NCBI GenBank assembly: GCA_964577595.1
Contig: CAZNZK010000001.1
Location: 208,144 to 272,143 of the forward strand
Direction of reading: 5' to 3'
DNA length: 64,000 bases
DNA from: an uncultured Candidatus Saccharibacteria bacterium
GTDB lineage: Bacteria > Patescibacteriota > Minisyncoccia > Phycocordibacterales > JAKAEA01
The position numbers and the translations under genes are program-made. Shown here one piece after another: positions 48,201-53,302 of the stretch. Numbering within the stretch: the stretch's first letter is position 1; each line of letters opens with the position of its first letter. The notes under the pieces were generated by a model, which made no database searches, was not told the origin of the DNA, and was given only the letters and a program-made list of their open reading frames with translations.

Positions 48201-48850
48201 TTAATCATAGGAGTGAGCGCTTCTTGTTCGGGCGTTGCTGAAATCGTCACCAGCTTTCCGTCGCTGGTTAATTGCTCAACAATAGTTGGAGTTGAGCTTA
48301 CTACATCAGCTGTTGAAGTTGCCGTAGATGTTGCGTCACTCGCAGAAGCCGAAATGCCTAATGGGTCGGTGGTGGTCGCTGATGAATCACCGCCACCAGT
48401 TGTTGTTGAAGTACCCGTAGGTGATGAAGTGTCTGGAGTTGAAGTTGCTACATCTGAGACGGGGAGAGTGACAGATTCGGACGTGGTCGCCATGGTTGTG
48501 GGGGGAGGCACATCTTCAACCGGTGTGGTATTTTGGCTGCCAGTATCACTAGTTGTCACGTTTGTACCCGTATCATCAGCGGTCGCATCGGCAGTCGGAG
48601 TAGGCGTGCTGAGACTACTACTATCTGCTGAGTCAGACGAAGTGTCGGGTGTGGTAACTGCCGGCGTTGCAGTCGTAGGATCAGGGGTAGCGGCAGGTGT
48701 CGCAGTGCTCGTATCAGTATCCGCTGTGGTATCGGTGCTAGGAGCAACCGCGTCATCAGCCAAGCTCCTGAGAGGGAAAAAACCGGCACAGAGAAAAATC
48801 ACAAGTATGACAAAAAATATCTTGATGGTGTGATTGAATCGTGATGACAT
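30299..48850 (-). CDS. Giant (6183-aa) secreted surface fibre protein with, in order: signal peptide, Thr/Ser/Asp-rich linker, N-terminal globular region, about 49 GLUG-motif/Gly-rich repeats, 23 FN3-like repeats, a roughly 110-aa domain, Gly22, and a C-terminal dockerin-like domain.
   Basis: Single uninterrupted ORF of 18,552 nt. Signal peptide MSSRFNHTIKIFFVILVIFLCAGFFPLRSLA. Recurrent Y[AVI]GG[LIV][VI]G.N.G.I.NSYA units separated by GGxGG tracts. Repeated about 90-aa PDAPTIGTAT...TYTFTVTATN units. Dockerin DFNHDGRVDAIDFSILL...DINHDNKVDSIDFSIML. Confidence 0.85.
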   Translation of the reverse strand: MSSRFNHTIKIFFVILVIFLCAGFFPLRSLADDAVAPSTDTTADTDTSTATPAATPDPTTATPAVTTPDTSSDSADSSSLSTPTPTADATADDTGTNVTTSDTGSQNTTPVEDVPPPTTMATTSESVTLPVSDVATSTPDTSSPTGTSTTTGGGDSSATTTDPLGISASASDATSTATSTADVVSSTPTIVEQLTSDGKLVTISATPEQEALTPMINVPVTITIPELFKVGQENQIKINWANNGGQPMQFTALDEDGNGYIDHLQWIVPHLSTQTFQIIYISKALQLDANLNPIGDIYSLVQAQDGNYATIASGQSVRVTFDQILNNTNDVTLYAKADDASQTGSITVYPVYTDAEGSTTEGDALHATFQINQEGKYRILMPDLQTPTDLFDLRISGNIDIDYIVDPVTPPATAYWVNGTGLWSDVGGTHWATSSGATFTSTVNAPGTTTTVIFDGNSGIASSIVTIDASSTISSFSINGFAGSINQNANLAITNNFIQNSGTYFATLTVGNPANNYFSVGNNFAINAGTFRRYTGIGSTNDPYIIYDVYGLQGVKTNLTSSYQLNSSVDATVTSSWNSSSGFVPIGNNTTSFTGNFNGNGFTVSNLFIASSSITYAGLFGYNSSNIQNLTLANLLISATGTPGLSTANAAAVATSTPGNNNSAGTAGSNIYVGGLVAYNAGTISNINISGTVTGAGGAGGTEGNASNGGDTPAGFANTGGVGGTTPTNAGATGGVVYIGGLVGWSAQGSITNALSTVAVIGSGGAGGASGNGGNGGMNFGTGTGGGGGSVGIPGAGGISYVGGLIGWLNTGTIMASAATGNVTAYGGAGGVAGIAGTGGQGGNSNVAATGGAGGNGAVGGAGGNSFAGGLVANNLGTIETGSYATGTVQSLAGIAGNASAGGMASTSAAASTATALGGGAGAIGGAGAIAYAGGLVAQNSADGIITGATSTVYASGAVTATGSAGKNGSNGGAGGQGGTAASGGNGGNAANGAVGGAAYAGGLVGLNAGLISMADSTAGLVTVTGGNGGMGGTGGIGGAKGTSGAANGTGGTSGTGGSANGTATYAGALVGSNTGTIQNSFSQNALSANGGTGGTGGTGAASLLGYAGVGGGTGGAAGVLYIGGISGNNTNIITNSYHTTGNISGIAGAGGAAGVGGAGPGGTGGTPGAAGTAIIGAIIYAGGITGYNSGPTITSSYFLANLTGTAGAGGAGANGGVGTTSTSGVAGSAGLTGGVAYVGGVVGDQNNGDILSSYSIGTITANGGAGGVGGNGGAGGTATSTTGGAGLGGLGGGTGGNAFSGGVIGNFVAGTVTTASSTGSIIANGGQGGNAGNGGSGGAGGTNSIGGVGGSGGTGGTAGVSYAGGLIGDSAGIVQGGNNFIGNVTSTSGIPGLGGAGGGAGTTTGTIAATAAAGGTGGTGGTGAIAYAGGLVGYNTTIIASSTASTTVIALSVSGQPGAAAGAAGNGSTGGASQVGASGVQGGTGGAGAAAYGGGIAGYNSSTITNSYISAGSVTATAGSGGNGATGGAGGIGGSGALGGAGGTGGTGGLGAFSYAGGGVGNNVAGFIQANSYAAATVTSVAGNAGNGGTGGAGGVGATGGTGGAIGGLGGTAYAGGLVALSTGVIDHSYATGNVSALGGTGGAPGSGGLGGSGSTGMAGGANGALDTGALITARAGGPAYAGGLLGQNSANGIVQNFSYALGTASSTGGTGAPGAPGANGGNSSGGGVVGGAGNIGGAGGTGGASYSGGLIANNLGLVGVDSYAMGNATSTGGTGGYGGNAGNGGTSGTGINGVSEAAVVGGLGGNGGATYVGGVVAWNGVAGSTIGTANNTGGIYSTGGLGGYGGTGGAGGNATSTSGFIGGAGGIGGAGGNGGAAYGGGVTGSNTGIISGVTYTVTTISVNGGTAGAGGTGGKAGASGAAIGGTGGAGNTGGNGGVGGATYIGGLTGDNPGVIINSSVIVVGSMTADGTPGAAAGQGGNGGDGTLGLNGHSGGAAGAGGTGGTGGALYMGGLAGQDNGDILSSNSQNGTINAVLGAGGGTGGTGGTGGPAGGLGGRNGTGGTGGGGGITGAVYVGGIAGYNNTTNDLLFNAVYSTSNVYATGGTGGTGGTAINGTVGALGGNGGAGGAGGAASSYTYVGGLFGYIGGTGDTISNASSTGNILVIGQVGGTGSFGALGGDGTTTATTTMSGGNGGNGAGGGAGGFAYGGGLVGFTNTNIFISNAYATGTVSISAGNAGIGGNGGKGGLGANNPGGNGGTGIAGGLGGTVYVGGLVGFVTSGEIDSSYSTGAVTGTSGNGGNSGSGGIGGAGNGQFIGGIGGNGVAGNNGGVNYTGGLIGSNSGTLQYDYHILGMVTANVGSGGIGGAGGNAGASGAFLSASTTAAGGAGFLGGTGGAVNIGGLVGINTGAGAIINNSYAMANASTTGGIGGQGGIGGNAGDGSAGVNQTGGIGGVGGAGGPGASGVGPPATAVQAGGLVGQNITGTISNSYAVSGTVTATGGAGGASVQGGTGGIGTGTGLSGLAGAGGAGGAGGSVYAGGLVGYSTGVVNGSYSETTLNIAGGSGQNGSNGISGVANRGAAGSNAGAGGASGIVYAGGLAGYTVADVVASWTSVDPISGAGNIYINTGGTGNAGNAGNGGSAVVSGGVGGVGGTTAAVGGATNGAIVGGLLGYSSATVSSSYSQSLTITGVEQTGGIGGNGGNGGAGAGSSVGGVGLIGGNGGNSGTLEFGGLIGNDLGVIQQSSYSLVTIFMTGGNGGLGGNGGAGGTSGTTTSSGTAAAGFPGGIGGAGGVVFGGGLVGTISGAALTIQVVNSYATGTVSIVGGNGGNGGTGGNGGSGFYGTTGHVGSTGALGGVAGVGGEADAGGLVGFSSFAAGTGNFLNDYALGNVSALGGNAGTAGSSGSAGLSTTTVTGVSGPAAVAAAVGGNAYAGGLIGNNRFTTGINNFINSFAIGFASSTGGIGSIGNVGGNAASSTGSSLGGNGGVGGNGGAGGEADAGGLVGYSSVTSGTGNYQNSAATSTTNIVSAKGGQGGQGGSAGYSGAGAGAFAGGGTLAGGTSGAGGNAYAGGLIGQTSASANTDLSIIGSHSTENVVATGGSSGNGVTGVIGGLGGSLNKGGTGGTGGTSSTGGTSYAGGLIGSNAGIIENTSYATGNATSTSGTAGTAGVGGTGGATGGALSGGTAASGGVGGVGGNAGVAYAGGLVANNAANGVIISSYAAGSVTAIGNNGAAGGNGGTGGDGSLGVGGHAGGLGGNGGASGAGGAAYVGGLIGNNIDTTNTTLTSYAIGQTVTGIAGNGGTGGTGGTGGAAGSVGIGGGGGTGGSAATNAVGGALYIGGFVGYNDGFIEINSYSTNNATGTAGTGGTGGVGGNGVSGFVGTVGVGGQGGVGGTGGAAGTAGIVYGGGFAGENFTGMIIKDSYALGTVTATAGAGGAGGAGGTGGIGTTTAASASNGSNGGQAGGRTAGTNGGITYAGGFTGYNLGTLYTTYAIGAVNANGSTGGAGGAGGIGGVGGNGGATGAGGTGGAEGATAAAGNGGAAYAGGLVGYNYTAGIIQYSWSAGNVTIVGGNGGAAGLAGVAGTGGNGGTGGGGIGGTGGGVVTEGNGGTGGFSYGGGLVGGNISTGSISTSYASGNVKVIGGNGIVGATGGIGGNGGVGGSGATGNGGPATNGSNGGNGGAGGDVYAGGLIGTNTGTITNAYALGTASSTAGLAAKGGNGGQGGAGGAKGGGSTLGTAGAGLNGGTGGNGGNAYIGGLMGSNTATVTNAYSIGAPSGTSTLAALGGAGGATGTGSGAGGTGSAGANGTTVGVRNVGGMTGSAGGTYVSDYWDTDTSGKLHNNGLGTGAVDPSGMNSESNNSMMLLATYSNWDFATPIWDIVPSSTYAYLDYQTVSGSPTNVVAVGGNGQATITFTAPTNLGGSAITYYTVTSSSLADVSHTITGSNSPITIYGLTNGVLYTFTVTATNATGTSTASVTSNSVMPATVPDAPVITSATGGPGSATITFTTPANNGSTISYYTVTSNYGDTAIGGSSPITITNLTNGINYTFTVTATNSAGTSTMSNTSGSVMPATTPDAPVITSATGGPGSATITFTTPANNGSTISYYTVTSNYGDTAYGGSSPITIINLTNGVNYTFTVTATNGVGTSTMSNTSGSVMPAIAPDAPVITSATGGPGTATITFTTPANNGSAISYYTVTSSSLGDTPHTMSGGASPITIGGLINGATYTFSVTATNSVGTSTASGSSLSVMPATVPDQPIIISAVRNDDGATITFSYPNSNGSTISYYTVTSNSTSDVPHTMSGGTSPITISGLTYGSTYTFTVTATNGVGTSTPSLSSLPITPATAPDAPIIGTATEAPGEAIVTFTAPVNDGYSTITSYTVTSTDGLHSITGGASPIVITGLTNGLTYYFTVTATNSIGTSSASLSSNSVTPISIPDAPTIGTATEAPGEATISFSGPVNYGGSTISYYTVTSNDGHSATGGSSPITVTGLTNGVVYTFTVTATNAVGTSTSSGTSNSVMPATSPDAPTIGTATQSPGEATVTFTAPANNGSTISYYTVTSNSMTDVPHTATGGTSPITITGLTNGATYTFTVTATNAVGTSTSSGTSNSVTPISIPDAPTIGTATEAPGEATISFSGPVNYGGSTISYYTVTSSSLSDVPHTMMGGNSPITITGLTNGATYTFTVTATNAVGTSTSSGTSNSVMPAAAPDFPTNVSATAGTGQATVTFTAPNNNGSNITYYTVTSNSLTDVPHTATGGNSPITITGLTNGATYTFTVTATNGAGTSTPSGTSGSVVPATTPDAPTIGTATEAPGEATISFSRPVNYGGSTISYYTVTSNDGHSATGGSSPITVTGLTNGVVYTFTVTATNAVGTSTASSVSNSVTPTTVPDAPTIGPATGGNGQATISFSAPGNNGGSTITYYTVSSNIGGFTATGGSSPITITGLSNGTTYTFTVTATNSVGTSTSSSVSNSVTPATVPDAPSGVTAAGGNGQATISFSTLGNNGGATVASYTVTSNDGHTATGGSSPITITGLTNGTTYTFTVSASNAVGTSTASSVTNSVTPAMAPNAPTIGTATSGNGQATITFTAPGNNGGATVSYYTVSSNDGHTATGGSSPVTITGLTNGTTYTFTVTATNAAGTSTASSVSNSVTPATVPDAPTIGTATQSPGEATISFSGPVNYGGSTISYYTVTSNDGHSATGGSSPITVTGLTNGITYTFTVTATNGVGTSTVSAASNSVTPATVPDAPTIGPATAGNGQVTVAFTAPGNNGGASVSYYTVSSNDGHSATGGSSPITVTGLTNGTSYTFTVTASNSAGTSTASSASNSATPATVPNAPSIGTATSGNGQATITFSAPGNNGGATISYYTVTSNDGHSATGGSSPITVTGLTNGTTYTFTVTATNSVGTSTASATSNSVTSATIPDAPTIGSVTSGNGQVLVTFTAPGNNGGSVITTYTVTSNDGHTANGGSSPITVTGLTNGTAYTFTVTATNSAGTSTASSASGSVTPATVPNAPSVGTATGGNGQATITFSAPGNNGGSTISYYTVTSNDGHTATGGSSPITITGLTNGTTYTFTVTASNSAGTSTPSATTNSVTPATIPNAPTIGTATGGNGQATITFTAPGNTGGSAITTYTVSSNVGGFTATGGSSPITITGLTNGTTYTFTVTASNAVGTSTSSGTSNSVVPATVPDAPTSVTATSGNGNATVTFTPPSNTGGATVTSYTVTSNDGHTASGGASPITVTGLINGTTYTFTVTATNSVGTSTSSLSSNATTPATVPNAPTNVAAVTGDTSATVSWSAPSFNGGSTILYYTVTSNDGLHSAMSGSTVATVTGLTNGTPYTFTVSATNAEGTSTSSGTSNSITPASIPSAPQNLTATVADSSIGLSWSAPVSDGGSSIADYIVEYELATGGTWAIFDDGVGTTPATTVTSLSNDVAYNFRVIAKNAINQGTPSGVVSATPGSPAQVLIQSFPSLTTPNISTAIRITNEGQAQSEYTYNWCVTSSEVGSCGSADIFDGQNAKLIQPGQNFDTTLNSTVPNAGNYWFHLNVQFGSSFSTADQSFTATAPVSTNGGGGGGGGGGGGGGGGGGGGNLVVATPNLVNSKLTTSDFNHDGRVDAIDFSILLAFWGTKAPYKNSSVDINHDNKVDSIDFSIMLYEWTDTALALKD
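30929..37208 (-). repeat. Tandem array of 23 in-frame FN3-like repeats (about 270 nt each) within the giant gene.
   Basis: 23 successive units counted from the protein (PDAP/PNAP ... TYTFTVTATN ... SNSVTPATV). Several adjacent units are nearly identical at the amino-acid level. Confidence 0.8.
37410..47070 (-). repeat. About 49 degenerate GLUG-motif plus Gly-rich repeats (about 66 aa each) within the giant gene.
   Basis: Counted occurrences of the Y.GG[LIV].G.N.G.I core in the translation. Extreme GGN codon bias produces CCN-rich proline shadow ORFs on the opposite strand. Confidence 0.75.
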
Positions 48851-49028
48851 GGAACAAGTAGAAAAAGAGAGAACCGTACTGGTAATAATAGCGGTAAAAC
48901 CACTAAACTTAAATAGAAAATTGAAGCATTTCTGTTGATAACTTTGCCTTCCTCACAAAAAAAGTTGGTCTTTTTCAAAATTTCCCCAAAATAGTATTGA
49001 ATAAAAATTAAATACGTGTCACAATACC

Positions 49029-49051
49029 AAGTGTCGGGTTATCCGACACTT
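49029..49051. promoter_or_regulatory. Perfect 9-bp inverted repeat (aagtgtcgg gttat ccgacactt) in the divergent intergenic region between the giant gene and the wHTH regulator. Candidate operator.
   Basis: Read directly from the sequence. It sits 12 nt upstream of the regulator start codon and within the upstream region of the giant gene. Confidence 0.4.
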
Positions 49052-49062
49052 TATTTTTCTCC

Positions 49063-49470
49063 ATGTTTACGAAAGAACAAAAAAATATTTTAGGAATTTC
49101 CGTAAAAGAAAATAAAGTGTTAGCTTCGCTGAAAAAGAGCAAAAGTATTTTTACGTTGAGTAAAAATGTAAAAATTCCCCGCGCTTCTCTCTACCCTATC
49201 ATTCAAAAACTCTTTCAACGCGGCTTTATCCGATCTAAGAGCGTTGGCAATAGATTCCATTTTCAAGCCATTTCTAAGGAAAATCTCAGCGAAATGTTGG
49301 CAAAAATTGCCATAGAATTACGCGAGTCAATTGAGCCGGCAAAGATCGTTCTACAAAAGCCAGAAATACTAACTAAGATTGAAATTCCCCCAACGCCAGC
49401 GTTGCCCCCCACTGTTACCGCCCCTAAACCAAAAAAAATATCAACATGGTTGAAATCTATTTTTAAGTAG
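49063..49470 (+). CDS. Putative winged-helix transcriptional regulator (TrmB/MarR-like HTH), divergent from the giant gene.
   Basis: N-terminal ILGISVKENKVLASLKKSKSIFTLSKNVKIPRASLYPIIQKLFQRGFI resembles a wHTH. Low GC. No strong motif match. Confidence 0.45.
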   Translation: MFTKEQKNILGISVKENKVLASLKKSKSIFTLSKNVKIPRASLYPIIQKLFQRGFIRSKSVGNRFHFQAISKENLSEMLAKIAIELRESIEPAKIVLQKPEILTKIEIPPTPALPPTVTAPKPKKISTWLKSIFK

Positions 49471-49474
49471 CATG

Positions 49475-49726
49475 TTAAAAACTGCCCAGTAATTTCTCTT
49501 TTTGAGCCTTAGTTAGAGCCTTTATTTCTCCCTCGCGCCTGAAAGCGGCCGTTCTAGTGGCGCATTTTTCCGTATATACAAGCACAACCGGCTGGCGGCT
49601 TCTTGTGTATTTTGCTCCGCCCGCCAATAAACCATTGTGCTGTTTAAGCCGCTTCTCTATGTTTGGAGTGATGCCCGTATATAAACTACCATCGGCACAG
49701 CGAACTATGTACGCGTAATAGTCCAT
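49475..49726 (-). CDS. GIY-YIG nuclease family protein (UPF0213-type).
   Basis: YYAYIVRCADGSLYTGIT...RL.QHN motif. Confidence 0.8.
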   Translation of the reverse strand: MDYYAYIVRCADGSLYTGITPNIEKRLKQHNGLLAGGAKYTRSRQPVVLVYTEKCATRTAAFRREGEIKALTKAQKEKLLGSF

Positions 49727-49738
49727 TGACTGCCGCTA

Positions 49739-50323
49739 TTAGCTAACGAGCACCGCCGTCACCACAAGACGATCGTTATAGGTACCGGTCTGCGGCAAAT
49801 AGGTGCCATAGCAGGTAATAATTTTAAGAAGCGGCTGGCCGCTGTCGGCGAAAATCTGGCCGCTGGGAAAAGCGCTGACGCTGTAAATATCGAGAGAAGT
49901 AACTTTAAAATGAGAGACGCCACCAAGCACATTGGTTACGTAAATATCGTCGCCAGCAACCAGGGTGTGGAGATTTTTAAAAACGCCGGGAATAGCGGCA
50001 CCGTTATCAACGTGGCCGTCAATTACCGCACTGCCTATGCCGCCAACCACGGGCCCACGGTCATACCAACCGGCCTGCACGAAATTGTGTGGCACATCAA
50101 GTGCACCAGCCGGAGTAATATCAACAGGCACAATTGAAGCCCGCTTGCCAATTTGCGGAATGAAAAGCGAGGCCGGAGCGCCGGCTACGGGCCCGATAGT
50201 AGCCGGCGTATTTTGGGCATAAGCCGGAGAAATGGTTAGAAAAAAGCCGCCGAAAGCCACGGATGTGGTAACGACGAGCACAAGTGAAGTGCGAGCGATA
50301 CTGGCGCGAAATGAAAGTTGCAT
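49739..50323 (-). CDS. Sortase-family transpeptidase (class E/F-like) with an N-terminal TM.
   Basis: His region GSAVIDGHVD. Catalytic-Cys context LLKIITCYG (TLxTC-like). Followed by conserved R (NDRLVV). Confidence 0.7.
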   Translation of the reverse strand: MQLSFRASIARTSLVLVVTTSVAFGGFFLTISPAYAQNTPATIGPVAGAPASLFIPQIGKRASIVPVDITPAGALDVPHNFVQAGWYDRGPVVGGIGSAVIDGHVDNGAAIPGVFKNLHTLVAGDDIYVTNVLGGVSHFKVTSLDIYSVSAFPSGQIFADSGQPLLKIITCYGTYLPQTGTYNDRLVVTAVLVS

Positions 50324-50418
50324 AAGAGTTGAAATATGGCTTAAATAAAAGGTTTTTAAACGAATACAAAGATATTTTAGCACGAAAAAATAGGTGTGTA
50401 AAGGGCTTCGGTTCGAAA

Positions 50419-51903
50419 TTATTTCTCCAAATCTAACACCTCGTCAATGCGGATTTTGGCGACGAAATCGGGGACGTGGCTGACGAGAATCATGGCGCCG
50501 GCGAAAGTATTGAGGGCCTCCGCAATAACAGGCAAATGGCGGAAGTTGATATGGTTGGTGGGCTCGTCTAAAATGAGGAGGCCGGGCTTTTGCAAAACGA
50601 GGCGGGCGAAAGCCACCAAGCCTTTTTGACCCTCAGAAAGATTACCAATTTTTGTATGAATCATGTCGCCAGTAATAAGAAAACCAGCGGCCACCGAGCG
50701 CAATTCCTGTTCAATAATTCGCCCTTCAACCGTGCGCAAAACGCCTTCAAGCGACTGGTACACTGTGTCCTCAAAATTCAGAGTTGAAAAATCTTGGCGA
50801 TAATAGCCGATACGAATGCCATCCTGGACCATCGTGCCCTCGGCATGGCCAGAAGCGAGCGCTTCCAAGAGGGTTGTTTTACCAATGCCATTCGGCCCGC
50901 GCAACAAGAGGTGCTGATTTTTCTTAATCGGCATATTCACTTTTCTTTTGACCGGCTTATGATTCTTAAAAATTGTAAATGAGGAAATTTTCATAACCTC
51001 ACCAAAAACGTCCTTTTGAGCTGGGATAGTAAAAGGGCGAATGGCTTTGTCTTCCTTGCGCACGTCCACCTTTGCCTCCTCAAGCTCATCGGCTTTGTCG
51101 CGCATACGCTTAGCCACTAAGCGCATCTGGCCACCCTTATTGGCAAAAAAGTTGGCCTTGTCTTTATTTTCTTGAATTTCCTTGGCCAGCTGAGCATTTT
51201 TGCGATTTTCCTTTTCCATACGCGCGGTGATTTGCTCGCGGACGTCAAAATAGTTGCCCACATACTGCTCAATTTTTTTGGTGAACACGTCCAAATAAAG
51301 CACGCCGTCAGTGAAAGAATTTAAAAAATCAGCATCGTGCGAAATAACCATACAGCTTTTTCTATAGGCCTTCAAAAACGCCGTGAGGTGTGTAATGCCG
51401 GCAGCGTCTAAGTTATTCGTCGGTTCATCAAGCAAAAGAAGGTCAGGGTCGGCAATAAGTGCCGAGGCCAGCAAAAGCCGCGCTTGCTGACCGCCAGAAA
51501 ACGACTTCACCGTGCGCTCGTGCAATTTTTCATGGCCTTTCAAATTAACCACTTCAAGCACATCGTCAATGCGCGGGTCAATGTCGTACACCTTCCCTGC
51601 TTGAGCGCCTTCCATAGCCTTTTCAAAAAATGCCCGCACCGTAAGCCCCATTTCATCGCGTGGAATGACCTGCCGGGCTATGGCAATGCTTATACCCTTC
51701 GTAATATGCACCTCACCTGCTTCAGGCCTTAGAAGGCCCAAAATGAGCTGAAAAAGGGTGCTTTTGCCGGCACCATTCTGACCCATGATGGTTATTTTGC
51801 TCCCCCGCCGTACGTTAAAATCAACCCCATTAAGAAGCTGGCGATTCACCCCATATTCAAAACTCACCCCCTCAAAGCGGAGTATCGTGGCATCAGCGGA
51901 CAT
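50419..51903 (-). CDS. ABC-F family ATPase (two tandem ABC domains, no TMD; EttA/Uup-like translation factor).
   Basis: Two Walker A motifs (GQNGAGKST, GPNGIGKTT) and two signature motifs (FSGGQQARL, LSEGQKGLV), with a charged linker. Confidence 0.85.
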   Translation of the reverse strand: MSADATILRFEGVSFEYGVNRQLLNGVDFNVRRGSKITIMGQNGAGKSTLFQLILGLLRPEAGEVHITKGISIAIARQVIPRDEMGLTVRAFFEKAMEGAQAGKVYDIDPRIDDVLEVVNLKGHEKLHERTVKSFSGGQQARLLLASALIADPDLLLLDEPTNNLDAAGITHLTAFLKAYRKSCMVISHDADFLNSFTDGVLYLDVFTKKIEQYVGNYFDVREQITARMEKENRKNAQLAKEIQENKDKANFFANKGGQMRLVAKRMRDKADELEEAKVDVRKEDKAIRPFTIPAQKDVFGEVMKISSFTIFKNHKPVKRKVNMPIKKNQHLLLRGPNGIGKTTLLEALASGHAEGTMVQDGIRIGYYRQDFSTLNFEDTVYQSLEGVLRTVEGRIIEQELRSVAAGFLITGDMIHTKIGNLSEGQKGLVAFARLVLQKPGLLILDEPTNHINFRHLPVIAEALNTFAGAMILVSHVPDFVAKIRIDEVLDLEK

Positions 51904-51944
51904 AGGAACTCTAGAGTAGCGTCTTCTGACCGAAAAGGAAAGCT

Positions 51945-52541
51945 CTAACTAAGCGCCTTGTATACCTGCATGCCAAGGATGGAGCCGAGAATTGGCGCGA
52001 GAATATAGACCCAGCTGAAGGAATTCAGGGCGAGCGCAACTGCCGGGTTGAGAATGCCAGCCGAGCCGGCAATGCCCGCGATGAGTGCGCCTAGAGTGAG
52101 CGAGCCGCCGATAACCAAGCCACTTGCCGCAGGCGCTACTTTGCCGTACATAACCGAAGCGATGCCAAAGGTAAAGAGGAATGTGCCGATAGTTTCGGCC
52201 ACAAAGGGGATCAGCGTGAAGGCGCTGGTGGCCCCAGTAACATGAAAATTGAAAACAAGCGTTCCAACCGCGAGGGCGATTGCGGCGCCAAAAAACTGGA
52301 AAACAATGTAGCCAATGGCGTCTTTGAGGGAAATCTTTTTAATGGAAAGCGCGCCGAGAGTAACTGCCGGGTTAATGTGGCAACCAGAAATTGCCCCAAT
52401 GCTGTACACACAGAGGCCCAGCGCCAAGCCAGCAATAACCGGCACCGCAAGCGGGCTACCCGCGCCCGCGACAACTCCAAGAAACACCGCAAAAGCCAGA
52501 GCAAACGTACCGATACTTTCCGCAATATATTTTTTCATCAT
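51945..52541 (-). CDS. MIP-family aquaporin/glycerol facilitator.
   Basis: Two NPA boxes: SGCHINPAVTLG and GILNPAVALA. Six TM segments. Confidence 0.8.
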   Translation of the reverse strand: MMKKYIAESIGTFALAFAVFLGVVAGAGSPLAVPVIAGLALGLCVYSIGAISGCHINPAVTLGALSIKKISLKDAIGYIVFQFFGAAIALAVGTLVFNFHVTGATSAFTLIPFVAETIGTFLFTFGIASVMYGKVAPAASGLVIGGSLTLGALIAGIAGSAGILNPAVALALNSFSWVYILAPILGSILGMQVYKALS

Positions 52542-52600
52542 AAGGAAATGGTACTAGCGACTAATGAGATAAGTATAGCATCACGACCTGAAAATCAAAC

Positions 52601-53302
52601 CTAATTCTTCACACATACGCCGCCGACGTCGCCAAAGGGCAAGTGGGAGCCAGGCGTAGGTGCACATTGGTACCCGGCGCCGCACACTGGCGCATTGAGC
52701 ATGTTGCCGCCACAACGCCCGCCGGGAGCGGCAGTAGAGCCGGTACTCGTGGTAGTTGCCGTACTCGTCGCCACAGGAATTTCCACAAGCACTCCGCCTT
52801 GTACGTTCAAATATTTTGTGACGCCAAGCGAAGGCGCGGCCGTCATTGGCTCGTCAGGATTTCTATCGGCGTAATTTACAATGAGCTTGCCGCCAGCAAT
52901 TTCGGTACTTTGTGGAGCAATTCTGTCACCAAGAAGAACGGCATTCGTACCCTTGTAGCCATCGCCAGTCACCAGTGCCGCCACTACGTAAAAGAACGTG
53001 CCACTTCCGCCGCTGTTTTGCGTGAGAATAAAAGCGGTGTCGGCCAAACCATCGCCATTTAAATCCCCCGTCGCTTCATTGCCAAAAAATTGCGTGACCA
53101 CTTTTGAAGCCGAGCCTGGCGCGGCCGGGGTTTCCGCATAGCCATTCACGAGCGTCACCGGCTGGCCGTCAATAGTATATGTGGCATTTTTGTAATCAGT
53201 CACAACAGGCCCAATACTTGTATTCGGACGGCTTGAATACCAAATAACAATACCGACAACAATGAGCGCAATGATACCTACAATAATGTATGTTTTTTTC
53301 AT
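52601..53302 (-). CDS. Secreted or membrane-anchored hypothetical protein with an FG-GAP-like DLNGDGLAD motif and a Cys-rich C-terminus.
   Basis: N-terminal TM IIVGIIALIVVGIVIWY. Cys cluster RCGGNMLNAPVCGAGYQCAP...GGVCV. Confidence 0.55.
   Translation of the reverse strand: MKKTYIIVGIIALIVVGIVIWYSSRPNTSIGPVVTDYKNATYTIDGQPVTLVNGYAETPAAPGSASKVVTQFFGNEATGDLNGDGLADTAFILTQNSGGSGTFFYVVAALVTGDGYKGTNAVLLGDRIAPQSTEIAGGKLIVNYADRNPDEPMTAAPSLGVTKYLNVQGGVLVEIPVATSTATTTSTGSTAAPGGRCGGNMLNAPVCGAGYQCAPTPGSHLPFGDVGGVCVKN

Noticed and set aside
52601-53302. A possible second dockerin from the DLNGDGLAD motif
   Set aside because: Only a single calcium-binding-like motif is present, with no duplicated helix-loop pattern. 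It is more like an FG-GAP/VCBS fragment, so it was not called as a dockerin.
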